From the human T2T-CHM13v2.0 reference genome, Homo sapiens, in NCBI RefSeq assembly GCF_009914755.1, contig NC_060947.1: a stretch of DNA of 64,000 nucleotides. One strand, written 5' to 3'. Under the pieces are notes generated by a model. That model saw nothing but the letters and a program-made list of their open reading frames with translations. It made no database searches and had not been told where the DNA came from. The stretch's first letter is position 1. Every line of letters starts with the position of its first letter. Positions 1 through 14,857 of the stretch are shown here, in pieces. Position numbers and translations under genes: made by a program.

Positions 1-80
1 CTCGATCTCCTGACCTCGTGATCCGCCTGCCTCGGCCTCCCAAAGTGCTAGGATTATAGGCGTGAGCCACTGCACCCGAC
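1..80 (-). mobile_element. Alu 5' part (cut by the window edge)
   Basis: Reverse complement of the Alu left-arm start: ctcccaaagtgctaggattataggcgtgagccac. Confidence 0.9.
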
Positions 81-81
81 T

Positions 82-369
82 GTTTGTTTTTAAGATGGAG
101 TCTTGCTCTGTTGCCCAGGCTGGAGTGCAATGGCGCAATCTCGGCTCCCTGCAACCTCTGCCTCCTGGGTTCAAGCAATTCTCTGCCTCAGCCTCCCAAG
201 TAGCTGGGATTACAGGCGCACACCACCATGCCTGGCTAATTTTTGTATTTTTAGTAGAGACGGGGTTTCACCATCTTGGCTAGGCTGGTCTTGAACTCCG
301 ACCTCGTGATCCACCTGCCTCGGCCTCCCAAAGTGCTGGGATTACAGGCGTGAGCCACTGCACCCAGCC
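82..369 (-). mobile_element. AluS, full length
   Basis: Dimeric Alu sequence with T-rich tail at left. Confidence 0.92.
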
Positions 370-739
370 TCTTTACCTATTTTTAAGTTAGATTTTAATT
401 GATGAAAATATCAGGGTTAGAAAGGACCTTCAAAGTCATTCAGCCCAATGTTCTCCTCTTACAGAGGGGCAAACTGAGGCCCAGAGGCCAAATAACAGCA
501 ACTAAAGTTATTATTGGCATCACTGCTAGTGAGACAGGAATGAAGCTGTTACCTCCCCCAAATAGAATAGCAAAGAACAAGGGGGCAAGGAACTAGTCAC
601 ATACCTCAACAACATGAGGGCATTGTGTGAAGGTAACTGACGTTCAAAATAATGATCAATAATTGTTGTAAGAGATTAAGTTCGGTTTGGCAGTCATAGT
701 TTACTGAGGCAGCAAGTACATAATACATTTTAGGGAGGA

Positions 740-1000
740 AGAGTCACGTGGTGGAAAGAGCACTGGCCTTGGAGTCAGAGACATGGGTTCAAAGCTGGTG
801 CCCCCACCTGCTGTGTGACTTTTGATAAATAGTGAAACCTTGCCGAACTTGAGTTTCCTCATCTATAAAATAGGAATAATGCCACCTGCACTGTTTTGAG
901 AATTATTTGATATAATGAATGTTAGCAAATTGAGATAACGTGCTTAAGACAATGCCAGGCACATAGAAAGTTCTATATGAGGGCTGCTGTTATTATTTTT
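740..1000 (+). mobile_element. MIR
   Basis: MIR core: ggagtcagagacatgggttcaaa ... gagtttcctcatctataaaataggaataat. Confidence 0.75.
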
Positions 1001-1074
1001 ATCACGTGAAAGCACCAAACACAGCATCTCAAATGCAGTAGATGTTCAATAAAGGTTATTTGAAAAGAATCCCC

Positions 1075-1375
<301 letters not shown>

Positions 1376-4300
1376 GAGCTTCCTGAGAGAGAAGAAATAA
1401 ACCTTGCAATGAATAGCCAAGGGAAGCTTCAAATCCCTTCATCCCCACATTGAGAACTTAAGAAGTGGAAGAGTCTCAGTTCTCTTATTTTGGTCCTCGG
1501 TAAAGTATGGGTCAAGGCATGAGTAGGAATGGCTTATCATCAGGGAAAATGGGCAAGGGAAAAAGCACTGGAACTTTCTTTGCCATCGCGATTGAGCAAT
1601 GATGTGTGAATGGCTGGCTCTGAGCATTTAAGCCTAGCTGAGAGGAACTTTTTAGCAGAGGTGCCCTCCCAAACCTTCCAGGAGACAGGGCATCATCTGA
1701 GGGGGAAATGACCAGAAAGGGCTTCAAACGGCTCAAAATTAATTTTAGTTCACAGAAGAACTAATCATTCACCTGTGGCCCAGGGCAACCCTCCAAAGTT
1801 TCCTGAGTGACCAGCTTTGGGTGTCAGAAGCCTGTTCCCCTCCCTCCTTCTCCCACAGTTCATATTCCTCCTCTCAGTGATAGAAAATATTCTGCTTCCA
1901 CTTTGGATACTGTCACAAGTAATGAATTAGATGACTCTTGAAAATGCCCACACGCTTTTTCAAATCTCTCTGCTCAGAACACTGCTTTGTTTGTCTCCAG
2001 TCGCTGCAGGGCCCACAACAAACATCCATTCTTTAATGTGGTGATCTTCAAAATGAAGAACAGGACTCTCAAAGTCCACCTAAACAATCACTCTTAACTG
2101 ACTCCAGACACGTTTGGGAGAGAGGCAAGTCTGAAACAGGAAAAAGTGTGCCTGGTGGATTTTTCTCTTGTGTGGCATCTCTAGAATATGTAGTAAACAG
2201 AGGGAGGAAAGGCTCCTCAGTGTTCTTTTGGATGTCTGGCTGAACTGTGGTTAATAAATTGCCAAAGATCAGCCTCAAAGAACAAACTGTTTTCATGCAA
2301 ATAGGTGCTACTGATACACTTGAAAAGAAAGCTAAACATTCCTGCCACTGTTTTCCGTCAGCTCCTCTGGCCTTAGTCACAGTCACTTCCAGGCCTCAAA
2401 CCTTCAACCTGCAGAATTAGCCCTACCCAGATCCTGAGCCAGTAGTGACAAGGGCAGGAAGGTGTTAGTTTAACTGACTCACTTGTCAGGCCCCAGGCTC
2501 TGGAATTCGTTTTGTTCCTCCAAGCCAGTATTTCATGTTTTTTTGAGTGAGCCCCGGGTGTTCAGGTATGACTTCCTCTTGCCAGCTGTGTTTTCCTGAG
2601 CAAAACTCTGTCCTGGGGCTCTTGTCTGTATTCATTTCTAGGCCCACTCCCTTACCCAGTACCTGGCACCCAGTACCCACTCAATAAATGTCTACTGAAC
2701 TGACCTGAGATAAAAGGCCCCATCCAATGCTCAGTTTGTGTGATGGAGACTCTAAGCTACTCTGCCTAACCCTTGTCAACCTGTTGCCCCTGGGGCCTTT
2801 CCCCCAAATCTGCAGCCACTGACTGAGGACCTATGTTACACTGGGCCCTTCGAGGTAAACCTGTCAATGTGTCCCACCTGCCAGATCACACCATTTTAGA
2901 AACCAGTGGCAACCTAGAGAACAGCAGAGTTCCTTTTCTATGCTCCACTGAGTGTCATCATCTATTCTACACTTACCTATTAAGCATCTACATAGCCCTG
3001 TTCTCAGCCACAGAACTTTAGTTGTTGGAGGTCCTGAATTTTCCAATGTTCTGGCCTACTAATTCCGGTCTGGACTTCACGAACCAGCATTTAGTTTCTG
3101 CCTTGGCAAATCTGGTCTTCAGAAAAGGAAACATCCAACTGATGACTGTGTTGGATTCCCACTGCAAACCGGTGATTGAGAGTGTGTAGCCATATTGCTT
3201 CATGAGCCATCTATACAGCCACACCATCCTACATCACAAAATCCAGAGTGCTGGTGCAGGGGGGCTGCCGTGGTTGCTGGAAGGGAGAAGGGACTACCAA
3301 GAATAAGGTAGCTAAGTGTTAGATTTGTCCAAGAACACTGGCTGGTCTTGTCTGCAGAGAGTAGAACTGCTCTTTCTATAGTCTTCCTAAACTCATGTCC
3401 AGAGATCTAGGACCAAGGCTGCAGCAAGAACCCTGAAGCAGCAGAAAGAAACACACTCAGCAAGTCTTTGCCTGGTGGAAGTGCATGGCCATGGTGGGCA
3501 TGGGCAGAGACACTGGCACAGGGGAAAGAGCCTACCTTTGCCAGTGTCCATATGCAGGACAGCTCTGCACTCGACAGGCCCAAGCCTTACCCTGCCACTC
3601 TCAAGTTGCCAGCAATAACATAACATGAAAGAATAACAAAGGGGGAGAAAAGGTGAGCTGAAGTGTAAACTACACCCACTCCAACTGCCCTGGTAGCTGC
3701 AGGTGCCCTCCACTGCTCAACTCTTTGCACCTGCTCTCCTGCTGGAACAAGTGGCCTATTGTGTGAGGCTGTACACATGGAGGTGCTAAGCAAACAAGAA
3801 ATGACTCTTCTGATCATAAAGTAGATGGGATTCCAGGAAAACTTTACTAAGCCAAATAAAAGTGATTGTAAAGCACTTGGTAAAATATAAACTGCTGCAT
3901 AAATACTTAATAAAAGCTCACAGCCATGCACACAAGGACAACTAGGTCAAAATTTACCCAAGCCCTCTAGCCTGGAGGGTCTTGGAAAGGGTGGAAATTG
4001 TCTCTCTCCCTCTGGTTTTCTTAGCCACTTTGTATTCCTTTGCTCTTAACCTGCCCTTCAGCCCTTGGCACTCCCCCAATGTCTCTCTCCTGTCACTTAT
4101 ATATCTCTGTGGTTAGAGGGCTTCTAATTTTCATTCTGGACAGTTGTGTCAAATATTATTGGGAGCAACAGACATTGAATTCCATTTTCTTTTTCCTGCT
4201 CAGAAGCCCCATTGGAGTTATGCAGTGCTATGGGGGAAACATTTTCTTTAAGGTTTAATTATGTGAGTTGTACCCCAAACTCTCCAACATTAGAAATCGA

Positions 4301-5638
4301 GAACAACTCTGACATCTCAAACAGCCAACCTACCTGCTCCCCTGTAGCTCCAATAATACCTGGAGGAGTAAAATGAAGAGCTCACTGCTGTCGTCAGGAG
4401 AATGATTATACCCTGGGGTTCCTTTCGAATCACTTTCACTTTGGTCTACTTGGGAAGGCATCAAATTCAAAGTCATTAAGGTAGCTTTATGGTGTTCCCT
4501 TTCCTTTCATATTCCCTCCCCCATCAAATATCTTTGTTATAGGATCTCATAGCCTGTTATAGGTGGAAAGTGCTTTAGAGGTGATTTTGTCAAATTCCTT
4601 TATTTTATAAGTAAAAGAAAAAACAGAAGTGCAGTGACTTGTCCAAGGTCATGCAACAAGTTCACAGTAGAGCTAGGACTCAGGCTGGAGTCTCAGCCTA
4701 GGGCAAAGGTTTTTTGTTTGTTTGTTTGCATGGACTCCAAAGCGCCACAGGGGATGCACAGGCAATGGCTTTATTATCAGAGGCATGTGAGTAGAGGAGA
4801 TTAAATGGAGAGCTAGCCTCAGAGGCAGGTGAGTGCCATTTTCTAGCAAGGGGCTGAAATATCTCTAAGAACTCCTTCTTCCAGGGGATGGCGCCTTATA
4901 GACTTGAGAGGACATGAGAGCAGAGAAGCATGGTATGAGAGGCAGGAAATGTACTTCTACTCTCAAGGAGCAAGACTGGGCAGGGAACAAGGAAAGGACA
5001 GGGTATAGCAGTACAGACCAGAGAAAAGCTGCACAGAACACTCATTCCAGGTCTGCTGGATGACAGATTAAAGCAAGCTGACGTCAGGATTTCCACCAAG
5101 AATAGGAAGAAGGTGAGAAGGCTTTAAACCTTGCAGGAGAGAAGTCAGGCATTTGACAGGCAGGACAGTACTGTGGGTAAGGGATGGATTGGATGGGTTT
5201 GAAGCCCATCTTGCTGTGGCCTTTGGTAATTTACTCAATGTCATCAGTAGAATCAGTAAAATGTAGGTAATAATACTGTCTGCTTCAAAAGGCTGTTGTT
5301 GAGAATTAGTCAATGCATACAAACTGCCTAGCATATTGTGTGGCACTTGGGAAGCTCCATAGAATGGTTAGTTATTACTATTATTAGCCACTTTACTGTC
5401 TCAGTCCTGCTTTCTGAAGTCCCACTGTACCCTTAGAATTTGAGAGAGCAAAGGGAAGAGGGCAATGATCAAAATGCATCAGGGAGGAAAAGGTAAGAGG
5501 AGTTAAAAAGTGAAGGCAGAGAAACCAACAGAATGGGTGAGCTGCAGCTCTCCCAGCTCTCCTCCACCCCTTCAATGTAAACCCCCACGACTGCATCTTT
5601 TCCCTATATTTAGTAGCTGTAAGAGTCATAGGTACCAA

Positions 5639-5749
5639 TAGGTAACCAACCACTCCAGTTTGCTGGGACTGAGGGGTTTCCTAGGACTTGGGACCTTCTG
5701 TGCTAAACCTGGAAAGTCCTAGGCAACCTGGAAAAAGTTGATCACTGTA
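5639..5749. mobile_element. hAT-Blackjack type MITE (MER81/MER94-like)
   Basis: Degenerate terminal inverted repeats taggtaaccaac / gttgatcactgta with internal gggactgaggggtttcc. Confidence 0.65.
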
Positions 5750-6769
5750 GGGGCCAGAGGGTATTTGCTGTTCGAGATTACTATTTGTTATAACCAGAGA
5801 GCAGGGCACTGCTGCTAGATGCTATCCACTGGGGTTTGAAAAAGCTGGGTTATCCAGAAGCCATGTATAGGAATTTGTAATGGTACTTTCTTCATGCCTA
5901 TAAATGAAAAAAATAGGGGTTTCTTAAATAGATAAGCTTCTCCAGGGGAACATTAGCCAATTTGAGGAGGATGGTCTTTAGCAGGATAGCCACACAGCAA
6001 TAGCCTCATTATCAATGATTCTTATTTGTATGCTTCGATTCTCTGACACAGGCTGTCTTTCTCCAAATTCAATTCCCAGCATTGTTATTATATGTGTTTG
6101 AAAGTAATAAAACTGCATTTACTTTAAAATGATCTGTCACTCAGACTTTTCATTAATTTAAACTGATGCTACCAATCTCTCAAAGTATTTCCTTATCGAG
6201 GGCCAACTGGTTTAATTCAGCACCACGGGCTGACTTGTTTAAAAATAAAATTCATGGGGATAGGTGGATTTGCTTAAAATTTTTTTTAAGTGACATTCCT
6301 CAAGTCCTTGAGAGATGTACAGAGAGAGATACTCAGGAAGCTACTAAAGGATCCATGTTTGTAAAGAGAGCCCAGTAATGCTGTGTTGATTACCCAATGT
6401 TCCATTTATTCAGGGTAAAACTTCCCCTTACATCTGATCTACTCTTCTACACTAACATCTAGTAAATGGAGGGTAATTTATAATTTTCAAAAACATCTCA
6501 TATGCGTTTTCTTATTGGAGGCTCACAGCAACCCTTTGAGGTAGGCAGGGGAGGTATTAATTTCACAAAAGGAGAAAACAAAATAGAGTTTAAGTAATCT
6601 GCTTAATGGTACAGTGATACCATGGGAAGCTAGGCCTAGTACTAAGGTCTGTTACCCACAACTATGTTTGTTGGTTCATCCTACGAATTCAATAAACATG
6701 TATAGAGAGTTTACTCTATGGCAGGCACAGCTAAGCAATGAGGTTCTATAGATGGAAGACACAGTACTA

Positions 6770-7181
<412 letters not shown>

Positions 7182-8259
7182 TAAGGTGCCAGCAAGCCTT
7201 AACCCAGACAAAGGTGTGGACAGGAGGATCCAGGGTCCTCAGAAGAGATAATGTTAAGGATAAGTAGGGGTAAGCTAGCCAATGGCTCTTTTTCTAGCCC
7301 ATTCTAAGATGGTCCTTGTCTTAGTGCTCCCTAATAGTATTTGGAAATTAGCTTTTCAGCATGAGTTCTTACATAGTGCAATCCTCTATGCATCCCTCCA
7401 ACCCCAACTGCTGTATCCCTACCCCAGGTGGGAACACCTTACTCTGGCTCCTGCTGAACAAGTACTCATCCCAGCTCTAGGCCCGAAGCTGTGATTAGAA
7501 GCAAAGAGAACAATGACAAAATGGGCCAACAAGTGGCTCAAACCAAGAAAAAGTTCATTTGGGTAGTTTTTAAGATCCATCTGACCATGTGGATCACTAA
7601 GATCTCAGCGGGCAAAAAATAGGAAGCTCCTGTGACACTGGAGTTACAAATTAAAACAAATTTCTTTTCCAGGGAAATGAAACTACATTCTAAATGAGAC
7701 AAACCCATGGATCAAAGCCATACTCACGTAAAAGAATAAAATTCATTGGCTTGAGAAATTGGGAAATCATGACTGATTTTAATGATCTTTCTCCTTTTCT
7801 ACAAAGGCTAACTCAAGGGTGACAGAAAGGACTTTAGAGCACTGAACAACTATTTTTGACCTGCAACTAGACTCATCATGGTTTTTAATGTAATTTAGGA
7901 AGATTGCCCGAGTTAATCTCTATAAAGCAGTCATAGGAGAAATGGTTTAAGATGTCTTTGCTGTGAAACAAGATGCTGAAGGTAAGAAGGCCAGCCTAGC
8001 GCACACCCTTAGATGCAAATAACTCTCACTTGATCCCCAGTGGACTCAAATGCCCACCATTTGAACCAACCATGACCAAGGATTGGGATTTTGATGTTTT
8101 TGCAGAAAAAAGAGGAAATAACATAAAAATGAGAGGGGGGTAGGTGTTCCTGAAAAGTTAAGAATGGGTTATTGAAGGGAGCCAATATCAGGCCTAACTC
8201 CATCTATCTCCCAGTAAAGATCTTCAAGGGCTTTTTTATAGGTTTTTTTGAAGAACAGC

Positions 8260-8490
8260 AATAATAGCTACCATTTTTGAGAGACTAACTGTGTTCCAGG
8301 CACTATACTCTGCACTTCGCAATCTCCTGGAATCTTTTCAACAATCTGTTAAGGGAGAAACTATTAACTCCATTTTACGTGTGGGGAAGCTGAGGATCAG
8401 AGAAGAAAAGGAGCTAATAGGTAATGGAAAAGGCATTCAAACCCAGGCTTTGCTGACTCTAAGGTTGTAAGTTTAAACACTCTACTACAC
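8260..8490 (-). mobile_element. MIR
   Basis: ccattttacgtgtggggaagctgagg ... ggcattcaaacccagg. Confidence 0.65.
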
Positions 8491-9234
8491 TGCCTTAGGT
8501 TGCCACATAACTCTGTGTGCTTTTTGTTAATCCCTCAACTGTTTGGCTACATTTCTATCAGTAAAAAATCATCGGAGAAACTCAAACAAGATTTTGTACT
8601 TGCTGAAGTATAGGAAGAAAGAGCAAAAAAATAGGAGAGCTAAATTTCTTTCAAAGAAGTCACCAAGAGCTTGTACCCTAGGGAAAGAACTGTGCCAGTA
8701 GCAGCAAAGAAAGTGGCACCTGCCAGCCATTTCCTGTGGCCTGTGGAACAGAAAAACCACCACCACAATCCAACGATCACAGCCACAACAATGACAACTG
8801 CCAGAGGTGTTCTAAGAGCAGGGCCGCTAGCAGGAAGCTCCCAAGAAAGAGGCTTCCCTAACATACCTTTCCCTGTGCTTCACACTCCAAGTCCCAAGAG
8901 TCCACTTTCACTGATGCTCAGTGATTGACTATCAGAAAGAAACTTCCTGAGTCAGAGAAATTGGACAAAAATGTTTCAGGCGGGTGTTACTGTTTGTAGA
9001 GGTCAGAGGTGTTCTGATGAAGTGACACTGATAACACTAAAAGAAATTTACCAGGGAAACGTCAGGACACCTATCACACTCAGCAGCCTTGTTTCAATCA
9101 GTATTCAACTTACATGCTCTCTGAGGGGTGAATATAAAGTCATGACAGATTTCAAACTTGTATAAATCTACCAGAATGTATGCAGCCCAAACGTTGTTGC
9201 AACAATTATGCTGACATCACTCAAAACACTTCTT

Positions 9235-9360
9235 GCTGGGCGTGGTGGTACATGCCCATAATCTCGGCTACCTAGGAGCCTGAGGCAGGAGGATCGCTTA
9301 AACCCAGGAGTTCCAGACCAGCCTGAGCAACACAGCGAGACCCAGTCTCTACAGAAAAAT
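9235..9360 (+). mobile_element. FLAM / free left Alu monomer
   Basis: Single Alu monomer ending cagtctctacagaaaaat. Confidence 0.8.
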
Positions 9361-9816
9361 TCCTGGAACTCCTCTTTGGAAACCCCATTTAAAGCCAATA
9401 TAAATGTTAGAAGAAGGAAACAGCCCTATTATTTTATCCTCTCACTCCAAATGAACCCCAAATGGTATGAGCCTGCTTGATCAGCCACCTCATTTAGCAG
9501 TTTCGTTCCCAAAGACTCACATTATTTCCCAAAAAAAATCCAGTTTACCTTTATGGGAAGAAACATGGCCCACACCTCTTCACCTTTACTCTGGACATTT
9601 ACATGGGCTGCTCAACCATGGTATAATAGTAATGACAACATCAACACCAGCTATCAATTATTTAAGTGCCTATGTGCCAGAACTTATCTTCACAACAGCC
9701 CTGCAGAGTAGGTATCATTACTCCCATCTTATAAATAAGGTAACAGAATGTCATATTAAATGTCCTGCCCAAAGCACACAGCTGGTGTCTGAACTAGGAT
9801 TAAAATATCCATCTGG

Positions 9817-10164
<348 letters not shown>

Positions 10165-12117
10165 TCACCTAGTGTATGTTTCCTAACGTTTCAGGGTCTT
10201 CTCACTGAAGACCTCAGCCTGCACCACCGATAATCAACTGGTTGAGAATCAACAACTTGTAGACGGCAGGGATCAGCCATAAACCCACAAGGCTTTTTCC
10301 AAAAAGGAGGTAGAAAAATTATTTGGAAGACTGGCAGCATCAGTGGAGTCCATCTGTCACTTACCAAGGCACTACCTTTGAAGGAGGCAATAATAGTTAA
10401 GGGGCAGAGAAGCTCTAGTATGTTAATTTACCCATTTCTTAAAAGCAGATATGTTTCTTCCTGGTTCCATCTCCTAAGCCTTCCAGGCTAAAATAGAAGA
10501 TTTCTGATTCATGGAGCAGTGATAGTAAAAGGAGACAGGCCTTATCCAACCATCAGAATCACATTTCCAAGAGGAAATTAGGAGGTGATGTTTATTTGTT
10601 GAGGGTGTGGATATGCTGGGACCTGCTTTGGAGGCCCCCAAATGCTCTTTGTATCACAAAATGATCCAACTGAGCTCAACAGAGGCTAGAATTGTATACT
10701 AATAGGACACAATCTGCTTAAAGTAATAAGCTATCCAGTATTCAACAGGTTGTCTATAGACATATCAATGTTGAGCCATGAAAATGTCTCTTCCTGCTAC
10801 TTAAGACATGACAGTCAACCAAGTCTAACACATCCTGAATGGAGCACACTGTATTAAGCCATCCGTCAGCAGCATAAGCTGTGTTTTTCTCACTCAATTC
10901 TGAAGGTAAAGCTACTGTATATGACACCATAATCTTAAGGGATAAATGTTACTGTATTGCCACGAGAGTATGTCCTGATAAATATCTGTCATTAAAGACT
11001 ACATCTAAGATAAATCGCTGCTGAAAAATATGCCAATCTAAGTCCATAGAGAGATTATTACATGGGGGTACTCTCCAAACTGATCTGTTCTGCCTTACCA
11101 GGATTTAAAAAAATTCTTAGCTGCCATAAATATTTCATGCTATACCAAATTAAGTCACTTTCTGCATAATCCATTTCTCCTTCAAAGGCTTTCCAAGAGC
11201 AATCTTGACTTATCTAAGGCAAGGTAGAATATGTAAACTGCCATACTAGCAAAGCATCATTATACTTCAGTATGTTCATTCTTGGGCACACACTCAGGCT
11301 AACATAGCAGTTCCCCAAATCGGAAAAAATGAAGTGTCATGTTTCTGCTCCTGGGAAAACTAAAGTAGAAATGAAATCCAAAAATGTCTTAGGGGGACCA
11401 GGAACTGTGGAGATAGATAGTGATAAATCAAATACCAAAGCCCTATTTGTCCCTCTGTCCCTCCCACCAGCCTTTCATAAGCAGAGCCTCCTCCAATATA
11501 GGGGCAAAGGAAGAACTAGCTATGAGAAGAGAGAGCTGGGAAGTTGAAGACTATACCTCAGTTTCTAACCCTCAAATCACCACAACAGTGGCTGAGAAGA
11601 GCTACTGAGTCTCACCTTCAGCATGACTTTAGTCTGACTTATGCCTGAATCAATGGACTTTCGGACCTGACTCAATGCTACTGAATATTATTTCCATTGT
11701 CCATTGTTTATGTTTTTCTGTACCCTCTTCCTCTTGGCTCTGTATTTTATTTATTTATTTCCCCATTGATGTTTGCATTGGCTATTCTATATTTAAAATT
11801 GTATGCATACTGCCTTGGGCACTTTGGAGAAAAGCCACCCTATAAATTAAAAAACAACAACAACAACAACAAATAATAACTTATTTTAGCACGAGAGCAT
11901 GGAAGCGATGTATAGCAACTGCTGCGTACCACTGGCCTGTTCTGACATGACTAGAATGAGATGTGCATGTTTTATATGTATGTGTGAGTATATATGCACT
12001 TTGGCATATAGGTCTTTTTTTTTTTTTACTTAATCTCTTTACTACTAGATTGAAGATTCTGAAGGTCTTTCCTTGTTTCCATGTAAACCAGTGAAAGACT
12101 TTTTCGTGTTAGAAATT

Positions 12118-12250
12118 TTTAGGTACAACATACACTACTTGGGTGATAGATGCACTAAAATCTCAGAATTCACCACTATATAATTGATCCATGTAACAAA
12201 AACCCACTTGTACTCCAAAAGCTATAGAAATAAAAACTAAAGAAAAGAAA
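12118..12250 (+). mobile_element. Short L1 3'-end fragment (L1MA/L1PB type)
   Basis: cactaaaatctcagaattcaccactata ... aaaagctatagaaataaaaa; closely similar to 60470-60590. Confidence 0.75.
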
Positions 12251-12685
12251 GAACTGTGCCCCCAACCAAATTTCTCAAAATATACCGTGTTCTTAAAATA
12301 ATTGCATTATAAAAGCAGAATCAACTATTCTCCCTTGCCTTTCCTAGATCATAGGGGAAAAAAGAAGCTATTTCGGTCATTTAATTGTTTGTATGATTTT
12401 ACACATCTCATGAATTGGGTGTTCATGGTTCTCTCATATTCACTTCAACTTGCTGACATGCCACAGTCTATCCTTCCAACCCAGCAGAAGAGAGAGAAAA
12501 ATGTTTCCTTACTGTACTTTTCTGAAACATCCAGAAGGTTTTGAGACAACGGACAAAACTCTGAGAATTAACATAATTGCTTTGCATATTCCCACTTCTG
12601 CCTTCTCAATTAAGCAGAGAAATCCTGAAGAGGCATTAGAAACATTGGAAGACTTGTCTGGTTAATGGAAATAAGAGAATTCAAA

Positions 12686-12717
<32 letters not shown>

Positions 12718-12888
12718 AATTTCTCAGGTGAAATGAGAGGTAAGATTGCATAAGATAAAGAGGAGGCAGATTCACCACAATTTTCCCCTGCAGATCTTAG
12801 GGAGTTTATTTAGTAAGGCCAGCTGCCCCATGTGACAGTCTCAGAGTCATCATGAGAGAATTAAAGATGAACATGCATTCATAACATA

Positions 12889-13024
12889 GTTTTTTTTTTT
12901 TTTTTTTAAGAGATGGGGTCTTGCTGTGTGCCCAGGCAGGACTGAAACTCCTGGGCTCAAATAGTCCTCCTGCCTTAGCCTTCTGAGTAGCTGGGACAAC
13001 AAGCACGTGTCACCACGCCCAGCT
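12889..13024 (-). mobile_element. FLAM monomer
   Basis: T tail followed by one reverse Alu monomer. Confidence 0.8.
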
Positions 13025-13524
13025 CCAATTCATAATGAACAGAAGTGGCTATGTAGAAACTGTCAGCCAGAAAACAGCAATATCCTGGAGCTGACATCTG
13101 GAGCTAGGCCCATCTGGCCCAGCAACATGATAAAGGGGTAGCATTAGCAGCTCCAGCTGAATCACAAAGGGAACTAAGGCATCGTGCCACAAAGTAAAGC
13201 AGTTGTCTATGCAGAGTTGATAAGCCTCAAAGTCACTAGGGAAATATAAACCCCTATGGGAGGTGTGCTAATTGTAGGAGAGGCCAGCTGACTACAAACA
13301 GAAGGCTGAGACAAAGACTCAGGGGAGAATCATTGCAAAGGATTACAGAGATGAGGTCTGGTGATAGGCTAGCATTTAGATGGTGCTCAAGGATGATGGG
13401 GATGGGAGGCCTATAGGTTTGGCTGACCTGTCTTCAAGGATAAGGGTGAGCTAAGCTGAATGCAGAGGTAGTGAGAGAGATCTGACAGAGAAGTAGTTGC
13501 TCAGAGTTTATATAAAAATGAATA

Positions 13525-14373
<849 letters not shown>

Positions 14374-14515
14374 GAGATGGCTTGATTTTCTTTCCTCATC
14401 CTTCTCTAGGTTGTGAACTCCTTAGCAGGCGCAGGAGCTGGATTCTACTTATCAAGGTATGCCCTATTATATATTAAGTGCTCAATCTGTGTGGAATGAG
14501 CCTGAATTATCAGAG

Positions 14516-14857
14516 TTTTTTTTTTTTTTTTTTTTTTTTTTGAGATGGAATCTTACTCTGTCGCCCAGGCTGGAGTGCAGTGGCATGATCTCAGCTCACT
14601 GCAACCTCTGCCTCCTGGGTTCTCAGCTCACTGCAACCTCCACCTCCTGGAAAGTGATTCTCCTACCTCAGCCTCCCAAGTAGCTGGGACTACGGGTACC
14701 TGCCACGACACCCGGATAATTTTTTTAAAAAATATTTTTAGTAGAGATGGGGTTTCACTATATTGGCCAGGCTGGTCTCGAACTCCTGAACTTGTGATCT
14801 GCCTGCCTCGGCCTCCCAGAGTGCTGGGATTACAGGCGTGAGCCACCACGCCTGGCC
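14516..14857 (-). mobile_element. AluS with internal 32-bp tandem duplication
   Basis: tctcagctcactgcaacctc begins at both 14589 and 14621. Confidence 0.9.

Noticed and set aside
8560-8930. Overlapping ORFs on both strands suggesting a processed pseudogene
   Set aside because: No recognisable parent protein, poly(A) tail or TSD.
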